Below are positions 45,721 to 55,486 of a stretch of DNA of 64,000 nucleotides, one piece after another. The notes beneath the pieces were generated by a model, which was not told where the DNA came from, did not search any database, and worked only from the letters and a program-made list of their open reading frames with translations. The DNA lies in NCBI GenBank assembly GCA_964393375.1, contig CAYMTM010000001.1, positions 258 through 64,257 on the forward strand. The letters run 5' to 3'. This stretch comes from an uncultured Rhodospirillaceae bacterium (GTDB lineage: Bacteria; Pseudomonadota; Alphaproteobacteria; JAEULC01). A program made the position numbers and the translations under genes. Positions within the stretch are counted from its first letter, which is position 1. Each line of letters starts with the position of its first letter.

Positions 45721-46466
45721 TGCAATCCGCGGCCATCCGCATCCACGACCTCACGGTCGCCTATGACCGGCATCCCGCCATCCACCACGTCTCCGGCGAG
45801 TTCAAGCCGGGCAGCCTGACCGCGGTCGTCGGCCCGAACGGTGCCGGCAAGACCACGTTGATTAAGGCGATCGTCGGCCTGCTGCAGCCCACCGCGGGCC
45901 ATGTCGAGCTGGTCGGCGTGGAGCGCCGGGACATAGCCTACCTGCCGCAGCAGGCCGAAATCGACCGCAGCTTTCCCATCAGCGTGATCGACGCGGTCCT
46001 CACCGGCCATTGGCGGCGCGTCGGCGCATTCGGCGGCGTGCCCGAGCGGCTGCGCGCGGAGGCCCTGCGCACGCTCGATGGCGTGGGCCTGGGCGGTTTC
46101 GAGAACCGCCCGATCGGCACGCTGTCGGCCGGGCAGTTCCAGCGCGCGCTGTTTGCGCGGATGATGCTGCAGGACGCGCCGCTGATCCTGCTCGACGAGC
46201 CGTTCAACGCGATCGACGCGCGCACCACGCACGACCTTCTCGATCTCGTGCGCCGCTGGCACGGCGAGAATCGCACGATCGTGACCGTGCTGCACGACAT
46301 GGAGATGGTGCGCGCGCATTTCCCCGATTGCCTGATGGTGGCGCGCGAGTGCGTGGGCTGGGGCCCCACGCCGGAGGTGGCGACGCCAATGAACCTGCTG
46401 CGCGCGCGGCAGATGTCGGAGGCATGGGACGACGAGGCCGAACGCTGCCTGCGGCACTCGGCGTGA
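45720..46466 (+). CDS. znuC: zinc ABC transporter ATP-binding protein
   Basis: ATG 45720 (MQSAAIRIHDLTVAY...). Walker A GPNGAGKTT, LSAGQFQRALFARML, LLDEPFNAID. Its position is directly upstream of the ABC-3 permease and a ZnuA-like SBP. Confidence 0.8.
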   Translation: MQSAAIRIHDLTVAYDRHPAIHHVSGEFKPGSLTAVVGPNGAGKTTLIKAIVGLLQPTAGHVELVGVERRDIAYLPQQAEIDRSFPISVIDAVLTGHWRRVGAFGGVPERLRAEALRTLDGVGLGGFENRPIGTLSAGQFQRALFARMMLQDAPLILLDEPFNAIDARTTHDLLDLVRRWHGENRTIVTVLHDMEMVRAHFPDCLMVARECVGWGPTPEVATPMNLLRARQMSEAWDDEAERCLRHSA

Positions 46467-47341
46467 TGCGCATGCTTTACGACCTGCTGATCGGTCCTTT
46501 CGTCGAATTCGCGTTCATGCGCCGGGCGCTGGTCGCCTCGCTGGCGCTGGCGATGGGATGCGGGCCGGTGGGCGTGTTCCTGGTCATCCGGCGCATGAGC
46601 CTGATCGGCGACGCCATGTCGCACGCGGTCCTGCCCGGCGCCGCGCTGGGATTCGTCATCGCCGGCCTGTCGCTGCTCTGGATGAGCCTGGGCGGATTCC
46701 TGGCCGGGCTCCTGGTTGCCCTTATGTCGGGCCTCATCTCGCGCGCCACGACCTTGCGCGAGGACGCCAGCTTCGCCGCCTTCTATCTGATCTCGCTGGC
46801 GACGGGCGTCGTGCTGGTGTCGACCCACGGCAGCAATATCGACCTGATCCATGTACTGTTCGGCACCATCCTTGCGGTCGACGACGCGGCCCTGCTCCTG
46901 GTGGCGACGATCAGTTCGGCCACGCTGGCGATCCTGGCGCTGGTCTATCGGCCGCTGATCATCGAATGCTTCGATCCGGGCTTCCTGAGCGCCGCCGGGG
47001 TACGCGGCGGGGCGTATCACGCGCTGTTCATGGTGCTGGTCGTGGTCAACCTGGTCGCCGGGTTCCAGGCGCTGGGCACGCTGATGGCCGTGGGCATGAT
47101 GATGCTGCCGGCGACCGCCGCCCGGTTCTGGGCGCGCGAGATCTGGCCCTTGTGCACCATTGCGGTCGCCATCGGCGCAGGGTCGGGTGCGGTCGGGCTG
47201 CTGATCTCCTATCACGTCGATCTGCCCTCCGGGCCGGCCATCGTGCTGACCGCGGGCGCCGCCTATCTGGCCTCGATGGCGTTCGGCTCGAACGACTCCC
47301 TGCTCGCCCGCTACCTGCCCCGCGCCCATCTGCGGGCTTGA
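46466..47341 (+). CDS. znuB: zinc/manganese ABC transporter permease (ABC-3 family)
   Basis: The ATG overlaps the znuC TGA (MRMLYDLLIGPFVEFAFMRRALVASLALAMGCGPVGVFLV...). It has a polytopic ABC-3 profile. The 443-aa ORF from 46010 in the track is off-frame over znuC and is rejected. Confidence 0.8.
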   Translation: MRMLYDLLIGPFVEFAFMRRALVASLALAMGCGPVGVFLVIRRMSLIGDAMSHAVLPGAALGFVIAGLSLLWMSLGGFLAGLLVALMSGLISRATTLREDASFAAFYLISLATGVVLVSTHGSNIDLIHVLFGTILAVDDAALLLVATISSATLAILALVYRPLIIECFDPGFLSAAGVRGGAYHALFMVLVVVNLVAGFQALGTLMAVGMMMLPATAARFWAREIWPLCTIAVAIGAGSGAVGLLISYHVDLPSGPAIVLTAGAAYLASMAFGSNDSLLARYLPRAHLRA

Positions 47342-47377
47342 TCTCGTTCGACAGGTCCGGAGAAAGGAGACCTCCGA

Positions 47378-48337
47378 GTGGTTATGTTATTTCGTTGCAT
47401 TACGGCGGTGTTCTTCTTATCCGCCCTCTGCGGCCCCAGCGCAGCGCAGAGCCCGATCAAGGCGGTCGCCACGTTCAGCATTCTGGGCGACATAGTGAAG
47501 AATGTCGGTGGCGAGCGGGTCGCGGTGACGACCCTGGTCGGGCCGGACGGCGACGCCCATGTCTTCCAGCCCTCGCCCGCCGATGCCAGGGCGGTGGCGG
47601 ATGCCAGGGTCGTCTTCATCAACGGTCTCGGCTTCGAAGGCTGGATCGAGCGCCTGACCGAGAGCGCCGGCTATAAAGGCACGGTCGTCACCGCCACCGC
47701 CGGTATCCAGCCGCAAAAAATGGCGGTGGAGGAACAGGGCGGCGGCCATGCGCATGCCCACGGCCATTCCCACGCGGGCAAGGAGAAGGGTGCGCACGCG
47801 CACGGCGCGATCGATCCGCATGCCTGGCAGGATCTGCGCAATGCCCTGGTCTATCTCGACAACATCGCCGCCGGGCTGGCAGCGGCGGACCCGGCCGGTG
47901 CCGCGACGTACAAGGCGAACGCCGAGGCTTACAGGAAGCAGCTGACGGAACTCGACGCCTGGGTGAAAGCAGAGATCGGCCAGGTGCCCAAGGCCAAGCG
48001 CCGCGTGATCACTTCGCACGACGCCTTCGGGTATTTCGCGACAGCCTATGGAGTGAGGTTCGTGGCGCCCGTGGGCATGAGCACCGATGCCGAGCCTTCG
48101 GCCAGGCAGGTCGCGGCGCTGATCCGCCAGATCAAGAAGGAAAAGATCACCGCCTTGTTCGTCGAGAACATCACCAACCCCAGGCTGATCGACCAGATCG
48201 CCAAGGAGACCGGCGTGAAACCGGGCGGCGCGCTCTACTCCGACGCGCTCTCCAAGCCGGGCCAAGGCGCGGACACGTACATCAAGATGTTCCGCCACAA
48301 CGTCCAGATGCTGAAGGCGGCGATGATGGGGAACTAG
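47378..48337 (+). CDS. znuA: periplasmic zinc-binding protein (ZnuA/TroA family) with His-rich loop
   Basis: SD AAAGGAGA. Signal peptide. His-rich loop GGGHAHAHGHSHAGKEKGAHAHG. Conserved metal ligands HVFQP / DPHAWQ. Confidence 0.8.
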   Translation: MVMLFRCITAVFFLSALCGPSAAQSPIKAVATFSILGDIVKNVGGERVAVTTLVGPDGDAHVFQPSPADARAVADARVVFINGLGFEGWIERLTESAGYKGTVVTATAGIQPQKMAVEEQGGGHAHAHGHSHAGKEKGAHAHGAIDPHAWQDLRNALVYLDNIAAGLAAADPAGAATYKANAEAYRKQLTELDAWVKAEIGQVPKAKRRVITSHDAFGYFATAYGVRFVAPVGMSTDAEPSARQVAALIRQIKKEKITALFVENITNPRLIDQIAKETGVKPGGALYSDALSKPGQGADTYIKMFRHNVQMLKAAMMGN

Positions 48338-48378
48338 GGGAGCGGGCGGCGCATCCGCCTGCGAGCCGGCATCGAATA

Positions 48379-48396
48379 GAAATGTTATAACGTTTC
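48379..48396. promoter_or_regulatory. candidate Zur box GAAATGTTATAACGTTTC
   Basis: Near-perfect 18-bp palindrome (8 of 9 half-site matches). It sits 21 nt upstream of the ATG at 48417, overlapping the likely -10 region and just 5' of the SD AGGAGGA. Confidence 0.55.
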
Positions 48397-48416
48397 ATAT
48401 AAGAGGAGGACTGGGG

Positions 48417-49847
48417 ATGAATCCTCGAACGGAGTCCGGGCGCCATGGGCGCCGATCGTCCAGCCGGCCTTGGGCCACCTGGTTGGGCGCGGTCGCGGTG
48501 GGCCTGTTCGCGGCAACGGCAACGCAGGCCCAGACCCTCGCCGACTGCGATGCGGCGATCACAGGGCTGCGCGCCGGCATGACCGCGACGCGGAACGAGG
48601 TCGGCCGCGCCGGGGCGCAAGGGCATTTGCGGGCGGCCGAGCGCGAGCACGAGGACCAAAACGTGGCGGCATGTCTTGCGGAGGTGACGGCAGGGACGGC
48701 GGCGCTGGGCGCTGGCGAATTCCAGCCCACCGTGACGGGCGTGCTGCATCTCGACCTGCAAAACGACTACACCTATCGTCGGCGCGGCGGCCGCGCCACG
48801 AACGACCTGCGTTCGGACAGCGAGTTCGAGATGGCGGTCAACCTGACGCCGTTCTTCTCGATCGTCTCGCTGCTGCACTCCGAGCCGGTGCGCGAGCCGC
48901 CGGACGGCGACCGGTTCCTGACCGACAACGCGCTGTGGTTGGAGGAGCTTTACGGCCGCTTCGACTGGCAGCGCGGCGGCATCCGCGTGGGCAAATTCAA
49001 CCCGGCCTTCGGCAAGGCCTGGGACGAGCATGTTGCGCCCGGCATCTATGGCCGCTTCTTCGCCGAGGACAGCTACAAGCTGACCGAAGGAATGGGCTTC
49101 AACCCCTATCTGCGCTTCGACGGCGGACCGGCCGGCAAGGTGACCGCGGGCGCCAGCGTCTTCAAGTTCGACAACACCTGGCTCAGCAATTCGGCGTTCG
49201 TCAGCCCCCGCTTCGACGAGGATCGAACCGAGCGCGTGGGCCGCAACCGCGTCCGTTTTGGCGGCCCGGGCAACACGGCCTGGCCCACCTCGCTCGCGGC
49301 GACGGTCGAGGGCGAGAACCTGCTTGGCGTCGCCGGCCTCGGCTGGAACATCGGGGCCGAGCGTCTGGCGCGCGGGCGGGCGGCGGGCGACACCTCGCAA
49401 TACGGCGCCGTAGCCGGGCTCACCTATGACGGCCCGATCGCGCCGCTGTGGGACCTGAGGGCGGTGGCGGAAGTCGCCTATCTGCGCCGGTTCGAGGGTG
49501 CGCGGCACGACAACCTGGTTGCGACCGTTGGCGCCGAGGCGACCTACGACAAGACCTGGCGCTTCTTCGCCCACTACGCCCAGGCCCGACGGCAGAGCGA
49601 GCGTACCCTGACGAACCCCATCCAGGTCGAGGACGAGGACGGCAACCTGGTGGACGATGTCGAGCAGTTCGACCTGCGGGAGACCGCGATCGACCGAATC
49701 TACAGCGTGGGCGTCGGCTACAGCTTCGATTTCGGGCTGAACCTCGACCTGGCCTGGGTGCGCCGAACCGGCGACCGCGAGGCGCTGGTGCGCGACACGG
49801 CGCGCGACGGCATCGGATTTCGCGCGCATTACGCGTTTACGTTCTAA
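48417..49847 (+). CDS. putative outer-membrane beta-barrel protein, probably Zur-regulated
   Basis: 476 aa. N-terminal signal region (..WLGAVAVGLFAATATQAQT). Alternating amphipathic beta-strands. The C-terminus ..RAHYAFTF ends with an aromatic residue, typical of OMP barrels. It is preceded by a Zur-box-like palindrome. Confidence 0.5.
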   Translation: MNPRTESGRHGRRSSSRPWATWLGAVAVGLFAATATQAQTLADCDAAITGLRAGMTATRNEVGRAGAQGHLRAAEREHEDQNVAACLAEVTAGTAALGAGEFQPTVTGVLHLDLQNDYTYRRRGGRATNDLRSDSEFEMAVNLTPFFSIVSLLHSEPVREPPDGDRFLTDNALWLEELYGRFDWQRGGIRVGKFNPAFGKAWDEHVAPGIYGRFFAEDSYKLTEGMGFNPYLRFDGGPAGKVTAGASVFKFDNTWLSNSAFVSPRFDEDRTERVGRNRVRFGGPGNTAWPTSLAATVEGENLLGVAGLGWNIGAERLARGRAAGDTSQYGAVAGLTYDGPIAPLWDLRAVAEVAYLRRFEGARHDNLVATVGAEATYDKTWRFFAHYAQARRQSERTLTNPIQVEDEDGNLVDDVEQFDLRETAIDRIYSVGVGYSFDFGLNLDLAWVRRTGDREALVRDTARDGIGFRAHYAFTF

Positions 49848-49994
49848 ACGCGCCGGGAGCGCCACGCTCCCCCTCAGTAGCCAACCCCTGCCCGCTTTGT
49901 TAGGGTCCGCCGCCGCCGGGGCGCCCCTTGGCTCGCCGTGTGGCGCGCCCTATCTAGGGGTCATCCCGGCCGAGGGTTGGAGATCCGCAGAACC

Positions 49995-51062
49995 ATGTCG
50001 CAAGCAGTGCCCGTCACCGTGCTCACCGGCTTCCTGGGGGCCGGCAAGACCACCTTGCTCAACCGCATCCTCACCCAGCCGCACGGCAGGAAATACGCGG
50101 TCATCGTCAACGAGTTCGGCGAGCTGGGCATCGACGGCGACCTGGTGGTCGGCGCCGACGAGGAAGTGTTCGAGATGAACAACGGCTGCATCTGCTGCAC
50201 CGTGCGCGGCGATTTGATCCGCATCATCTCGGGCCTGATGAAGCGCAAGGGCAAGTTCGACGCCATCGTGATCGAAACCACGGGCCTGGCGGACCCGGCG
50301 CCGGTCGCGCAGACCTTCTTCGTCGACGACGAGGTCAAGGACCGCGCCAAGCTCGATTCGATCGTGACTGTCGTCGACGCCAAGCACCTGCCGGCGCGGC
50401 TCAAGGACAGCCGCGAGGCCGAGGAGCAGATCGCCTTTGCCGACGTGATCCTGCTCAACAAGACCGACCTGGTCTCGCCGCAGGAACTTAAGGACGTCGA
50501 GGCGACGATCCGTGCCATCAACCGCTTCGCGGCGATCCATCGCACGCGCCAGTGCGACGTGGACATCGCCAAGCTGCTCGACCGCGGCGCCTTCGACCTC
50601 GACCGCATCCTTGCGATCGAGCCGGACTTCCTGGATCGCCGGCCAGAGGACCACAACCACGCGCACGATCACGACGATCGCGACGACCACCACGGCCACG
50701 AGCACGGCCATGATCACGCGCACGAGCACGACCATGGCGCCACGGCCGGCGTGCTGCGCCACAACCCCGAGGTGACCAGCGTTTCGCTGCGGCTGGACAG
50801 GCCCCTGTCGGTCGAGAAATTCGAGAACTGGATTCGCCACCTGCTGGCCGCCAAGGGCCAGGACATCCTCCGGATGAAAGGCATCCTCAACATGGCCGGC
50901 CAGAACCAGCGCTATGTCGTTCACGGCGTGCACATGCAGATCGACGGCAAGCCGACCAGCCCGTGGCGCGAGGGCGAGAAGCGCGAGAGCCGGATCGTCT
51001 TCATCGGCCGCAAGCTGGACGCCGAGGCGCTGAAGCAGGGCTTCGAGGGCTGCGCCGCCTGA
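49995..51062 (+). CDS. COG0523 / CobW-family G3E GTPase metallochaperone (ZigA/YeiR-like) with His-rich insert
   Basis: Start is ATG 49995; the 49938 ORF start in the track is an upstream extension. GFLGAGKTTL P-loop, CxCC metal motif (NGCICCTVRGD), and a His/Asp-rich stretch HNHAHDHDDRDDHHGHEHGHDHAHEHDHG. Confidence 0.85.
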   Translation: MSQAVPVTVLTGFLGAGKTTLLNRILTQPHGRKYAVIVNEFGELGIDGDLVVGADEEVFEMNNGCICCTVRGDLIRIISGLMKRKGKFDAIVIETTGLADPAPVAQTFFVDDEVKDRAKLDSIVTVVDAKHLPARLKDSREAEEQIAFADVILLNKTDLVSPQELKDVEATIRAINRFAAIHRTRQCDVDIAKLLDRGAFDLDRILAIEPDFLDRRPEDHNHAHDHDDRDDHHGHEHGHDHAHEHDHGATAGVLRHNPEVTSVSLRLDRPLSVEKFENWIRHLLAAKGQDILRMKGILNMAGQNQRYVVHGVHMQIDGKPTSPWREGEKRESRIVFIGRKLDAEALKQGFEGCAA

Positions 51063-51065
51063 GCG

Positions 51066-52094
51066 ATGGCCACGCTGGAAGAAACCGCCGTCGCCTGGGA
51101 ACTGGGCGGGCCGGTCGGCGCGCTGGCGTTCGACCGCGCGGGCAAGACACTCGCCTTCGCGCTCGGCGACGGGTCGCTGGCACTGGCCGACCCGCGCACG
51201 CGCGACGCGCCGCGCCGTATTGCCGCGCATGACGGCGCGATCCTCTGCCTGGCGGCGGACGGCGACGAGCCCGCCTTCCTGACCGGCGGCGACGACGGCA
51301 AGCTCAACCGCGTCGCCGCGGACGGCGCGGTCGCCGCCATCCACGCCTGGAAGGGCAAATGGGTCGAGCATGTGCTGGCGCCCGCGGGCGCGCCGTTCCG
51401 CGCCGCCGCGGTCGGCAGATGCGCCTACCTGTTCCAGCGCAAGGGCGCGGAGGCGCCGGCGGAACTGCAGCATCCCAGCACCGTGGGCGGCATCGCGGCC
51501 AACCCCAAGGCCAAGCGCCTGGCGGTCGCGCATTACAACGGCGTCAGCCTGTGGTGGACGCATGGGCGCGAGCAGAAGCCGAAGCTGCTCAAGTGGTCGG
51601 GCTCGCATATCGGCGTGACCTGGAGCCCGGACGGCGAATATGTCGTATCGATGATGCAGGAGAATGCGCTGCACGGCTGGCGTTTGAGCGACGGCCAGGA
51701 CATGCGCATGTCGGGCTACCCGACCAAGGTGCGCTCGGTCGCCTGGTCGCCGCAGCCCTATTTCCTCGCCACCGCGGGCGCCGATCGGATCGTGTGCTGG
51801 CCGTTCTCGGGCTCGGGGCCGATGGGCAAGCCGCCGGTCGAGCTTGGCTATGGCCGTGATGGCATGGTTGCGACGGTGGCGGCGCATCCCAAAGGCGACA
51901 TGATCGCCGCCGGCTATACCGACGGCGCCGTCGCGCTGGCGCGCATCTCCAACAACGCCGCCGGCTTCGCCAAGCCGCCGGGCGGCGGCCGGGTGGCGGC
52001 GCTCGCCTTCGGCCCGGACGGCAAGTGCGTCGCCTACGGCACCGAGGACGGGCTGGCCGGCGTCATCGACCTGCAGGCGCTGGCGCAGGCTTAG
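51066..52094 (+). CDS. WD40 / beta-propeller repeat protein
   Basis: 342 aa with repeated blade motifs ending in GxDG / W (LTGGDDGKLNRV, AHYNGVSLWW, SVAWSP, ATAGADRIVCW). It starts 4 nt after the COG0523 stop. Confidence 0.7.
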   Translation: MATLEETAVAWELGGPVGALAFDRAGKTLAFALGDGSLALADPRTRDAPRRIAAHDGAILCLAADGDEPAFLTGGDDGKLNRVAADGAVAAIHAWKGKWVEHVLAPAGAPFRAAAVGRCAYLFQRKGAEAPAELQHPSTVGGIAANPKAKRLAVAHYNGVSLWWTHGREQKPKLLKWSGSHIGVTWSPDGEYVVSMMQENALHGWRLSDGQDMRMSGYPTKVRSVAWSPQPYFLATAGADRIVCWPFSGSGPMGKPPVELGYGRDGMVATVAAHPKGDMIAAGYTDGAVALARISNNAAGFAKPPGGGRVAALAFGPDGKCVAYGTEDGLAGVIDLQALAQA

Positions 52095-52786
52095 AAGTTC
52101 GGCACGCGCCCGACCACGCCGCCGTCATCCAGCCGCACGTCGAAGGCGGGCTGGGTGTCGAGCTTGCTCTGGTTGCCGCTGCGCGCGCGCATCCGTTCGC
52201 CGGCATCGACCGGGCGCGGCTTGTTGACCGGCACGCCGGTGCCGTCGCGCGCGAACAGCAGCACGGGAAAGCGCAGCGCCGCGAACCGCGGCGTGGGATG
52301 GAGCCAGCCCTGGATGTCGAATGTGCCGCCCAGGCAGCCGCTGACGATCCAGTAGAACCCGTCCGAGGGCAGGGTCAGCCCCTTGGGCACGGGGTCGGTC
52401 CAGCCGTCGGCGATCAAGGCAGCCACCAGCGCCTCGGCGCCCGGGGGGTCGACCGCCGCGTCGAAGACGTGGTCGCGCGAGCCGAAGATCAGCTCGCCGA
52501 TCGTGAAGCTCGCGAAATTCGGCCGCGTCAGCACGCGCGACCGCAAGCTCGCCGGCGCGCCGGGCGCGGCACGGACGAACTCGTAGACCCTGATCTGCTC
52601 CCGATAGACGGCGTTGTAGACGAAGCGCAGCCGGTCGGGCGCGCCGGGCACGCAGCCCTCGCGCAAATCCTTGCCGTCGAGGAATCCGAACCACGTGAAG
52701 CCGCGCAGAAGGAAATTTTCGGCCTGTGCCGAGCCGGCGGCCAGCGCGCCGGCCGTTGCGATCGCCAAGATGGTGCGCCGGTTCAT
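52091..52786 (-). CDS. secreted hypothetical protein
   Basis: Start at ATG 52786 with SD GAGGGA (MNRRTILAIATAGALAAGSAQAENF...). 231 aa, no recognised family. It is convergent with the WD40 gene and overlaps it by 4 nt. Confidence 0.5.
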   Translation of the reverse strand: MNRRTILAIATAGALAAGSAQAENFLLRGFTWFGFLDGKDLREGCVPGAPDRLRFVYNAVYREQIRVYEFVRAAPGAPASLRSRVLTRPNFASFTIGELIFGSRDHVFDAAVDPPGAEALVAALIADGWTDPVPKGLTLPSDGFYWIVSGCLGGTFDIQGWLHPTPRFAALRFPVLLFARDGTGVPVNKPRPVDAGERMRARSGNQSKLDTQPAFDVRLDDGGVVGRVPNF

Positions 52787-52954
52787 GGTCCCTCGATAGC
52801 GCCCGCGCGTGGCGGCACCGTGGCAAGGCGGTGACTCCCTGACTCGAAACGGAAAATTCGGCTTCACGCTGCAATCTCCGTTGGACAGCGAATCGTCATT
52901 TTACTAGACTTCGCGCCGTTTTGCGGGCTGTGGCCCAAAATCTGGTGGAGAGTC

Positions 52955-54298
52955 ATGCGCCAACCTGCCCTGGTCCGGACCTTCCGCAGCCCCGCTTCCG
53001 TCTTCTCCTGGCTCTTCCTGGCGCTCCTGGCCGCCACGACCGCGGGCGCGCCTGCCGCCGCCGCCAGGAAGCCGGTCTACGCTTCGATCGTGGTCGACGC
53101 CAATACCGGCGAGGTCCTGCACGCGGTCAACGCGGACACGCGGACCTACCCCGCCTCGACCGCCAAGATCATGACGCTCTACCTTTTGTTCGAGGCGCTG
53201 GAGCGCGGCAAGGTGAGGATGGACACGCCGCTGCGCGTTTCCGACCGCGCGGCATCGCAGGCGCCCTCGAAGCTGGGCATCGAAGCCGGGCGCACGGTCA
53301 GCGTGCGCGACGCGATGCTGGCGCTGGTGACGAAATCGGCCAACGACATGGCGGTGGTCGTCGCCGAGGCGCTGGCGGGCAGCGAGGAAGCCTTCGCCGA
53401 GCAGATGACCCGGCGCGCCCGCGCGCTGGGGATGCGCGCCACGCGGTTCAGGAACGCCTCCGGCCTGCCCGACCCGGACCAGGTGACCACCGCGCGCGAC
53501 CTTGCGATCCTCGGCATGGCGGTGCTGCGCGACTTCCCGCGCCAGTACCAGGTGTTCTCGGTGCACGACTTCGTCTACGAAGGCGCCGTCCACAACAACC
53601 ACAACAAGCTGCTCGGGCGCTACCCGGGCGTCGACGGCATCAAGACCGGCTATATCCGCGCCTCGGGCTTCAACCTGGTCGCCTCGGCCGAGCGCGAAGG
53701 GCGCCGGCTGGTGGCGGTGGTGCTGGGCGGCAACGCGCCGGGCTGGCGCGACGTGCACATGATGCAATTGCTCGACAAGGCCTTCGACAAGCGCCCGCCG
53801 GTGCAGGTGGCCAAGGCCGAAGCCCGGCAGCCGGCGCCGATCGCGCGCGAGCTCAAGCGCCGCCCGGGACAGCCCGCGCCCGAGCCGGTGATCGCGACGG
53901 CCACGCCGCAGCCGCCCGAACCGGCCTACGCCGAAGACCTGGACATGGATCAGCCCACCATCGCCGACCTGATCTCCGACGACGCCGCCGAGGCGATCGC
54001 CGCCTCCGGCAACTGGGGCGTGCAGGTCGGCGCGTTCAAGCAGGCGGACAACGCCAGGCGCGCGGCCGACGACGCGCGGCGCCTGCTGGGCGGCGCGCTG
54101 AACGGCGCCAGGCCGGTGGTCGAGGAAACCCGTTCGCGCGCCGGCAGCCTCTACCAGGCACGCCTGGTCGGCATGACCGAGGGCGAGGCGCGCGCGGCCT
54201 GCCGCGAGTTCAAGAAGAAGAAGCTCGCCTGCCTGGCCGTGCCGCCGGCGGTGCCGAACGGCAAGACCGCGCAGCAGTCGGCGCAGGGGTCGAAGTAG
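52955..54298 (+). CDS. D-alanyl-D-alanine carboxypeptidase (peptidase S11, PBP5/6-type) with C-terminal SPOR domain
   Basis: Signal peptide. SxxK motif in STAKIMTLYLLFEAL, then SGN and KTG (GIKTGYI) motifs. A Pro-rich linker, then SPOR-like NWGVQVGAFKQADNARRAADDARRLLGG...YQARLVG. Confidence 0.8.
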   Translation: MRQPALVRTFRSPASVFSWLFLALLAATTAGAPAAAARKPVYASIVVDANTGEVLHAVNADTRTYPASTAKIMTLYLLFEALERGKVRMDTPLRVSDRAASQAPSKLGIEAGRTVSVRDAMLALVTKSANDMAVVVAEALAGSEEAFAEQMTRRARALGMRATRFRNASGLPDPDQVTTARDLAILGMAVLRDFPRQYQVFSVHDFVYEGAVHNNHNKLLGRYPGVDGIKTGYIRASGFNLVASAEREGRRLVAVVLGGNAPGWRDVHMMQLLDKAFDKRPPVQVAKAEARQPAPIARELKRRPGQPAPEPVIATATPQPPEPAYAEDLDMDQPTIADLISDDAAEAIAASGNWGVQVGAFKQADNARRAADDARRLLGGALNGARPVVEETRSRAGSLYQARLVGMTEGEARAACREFKKKKLACLAVPPAVPNGKTAQQSAQGSK

Positions 54299-54301
54299 GC
54301 G

Positions 54302-54757
54302 CTACGCCGCCGGGCGGCTCCGCTTGCGGCGCGTGCGCGCCGCGGCGGCCGGCCTGAACTGCCTGCCCCACCCGCTCAGCGCCAGCGCCACGTCGCGGAA
54401 GCCGCGACCGACCTCGGTCAATTCGTAGGCCACGCGCACCGGAGGCCCGGGTTCGACCCGGCGCAGCACCAGGCCGCGCGATTCCAGCTCCTTCAGCCGC
54501 TCCGACAGCATGCGGTCGCCCATCGCGCTCAAGCCCGCGCGCAGCTCGCTGAACCGCAGGGCCCCCTTGGTCTGCAGCATCGCCATGATCAGCCCGTTCC
54601 AGGGCCTGGACAGGACGTCCATCGCGGTCTGGAACCAGGGGCAGAGATGCTCGCAGTGGGGATGCTTCACGGACGATCGTCTCGCATTTGTGAACGAATC
54701 ATTATGCGGCCGGCGACGGGAAAAGGGAAGAAGCGCTTGTTTCTGTGGATAAGCCAC
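54302..54757 (-). CDS. HxlR-family transcriptional regulator
   Basis: CEHLCPW..VLSRPWNGLIMAMLQTKGALRFSELRAGL is the HxlR-type winged HTH. The start is uncertain (ATG 54757 or GTG 54670). It is divergent from the GST gene. Confidence 0.7.
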   Translation of the reverse strand: MAYPQKQALLPFSRRRPHNDSFTNARRSSVKHPHCEHLCPWFQTAMDVLSRPWNGLIMAMLQTKGALRFSELRAGLSAMGDRMLSERLKELESRGLVLRRVEPGPPVRVAYELTEVGRGFRDVALALSGWGRQFRPAAAARTRRKRSRPAA

Positions 54758-54868
54758 ACAAAAAGCTGTTGCTTCCTTTTATATAGTTTGACAAGGTACC
54801 GGCGGTTCGGATCGCGGCGGCCGCGCGGCGCCCCCGGGATCCGGTTGCTGCACCGAAGGAGACGTCCG

Positions 54869-55486
54869 ATGAAGCTCTACTACATGCCCGGCGCCTGCTC
54901 GCTTGCCTCCCACATCGCGCTTCGCGAGGCCGGCCTTCCCGTCGTCCTGGTCAAGGTCGATGGCAAGACCAAGAAGACCGAGACCGGCGCCGACTTCAAC
55001 GCGATCAACCCCAAGAGCTACGTGCCGGCGCTGGAACTCGACAACGGCCGCGTGCTCACGGAAGGCGCGATGCTCCTGCAATACATCGCCGACAAGAACC
55101 CCGCCGCCAAGCTGGCGCCGCCGGCGGGCAGCGAGGCGCGCTACGACCTGCAGGAATGGCTGACCTTCATCTCCGGAGAAATCCACAAGGGGACCGGACC
55201 GCTGTTCAACCCGCAGATCCCGGCGGACTGGAAGAAGGTCGTCCTCGACAGGCTCGCCCAGCGCTACGACTACCTGAACAAGCACCTGGAAAAGAACCAG
55301 TACGTGATGGGCAACGCCTACAGCGTGGCCGACGCCTACCTATTCACGGTGCTGAACTGGACCAATTTCGTCGGCATCGATCTCGGCAAGTGGCCGGCGC
55401 TGAAAGGCTACCAGGCGCGCATCGCCGCCCGCCCGGCGGTCCAGGCCGCGCTCAAGGCCGAAGGCTTGTTGAAGCAGGCGGCATAG
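54869..55486 (+). CDS. glutathione S-transferase
   Basis: SD AAGGAGA. MKLYYMPGACSLASHIALREAGLP is the beta-class / GstA-like N-terminal thioredoxin-fold. 205 aa. Confidence 0.85.
   Translation: MKLYYMPGACSLASHIALREAGLPVVLVKVDGKTKKTETGADFNAINPKSYVPALELDNGRVLTEGAMLLQYIADKNPAAKLAPPAGSEARYDLQEWLTFISGEIHKGTGPLFNPQIPADWKKVVLDRLAQRYDYLNKHLEKNQYVMGNAYSVADAYLFTVLNWTNFVGIDLGKWPALKGYQARIAARPAVQAALKAEGLLKQAA

Noticed and set aside
46010-46465. 5' extension of znuB ORF (443-aa version)
   Set aside because: Out-of-frame overlap of the whole znuC gene. The ABC-3 permease homology starts at MRMLYDL (46466).
47384-47406. third Zur-like motif GTTATGTTATTTCGTTGCATTAC at the znuA start
   Set aside because: It is not palindromic and lies within the znuA signal-peptide coding region. 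It is probably a chance ATGTTAT match.
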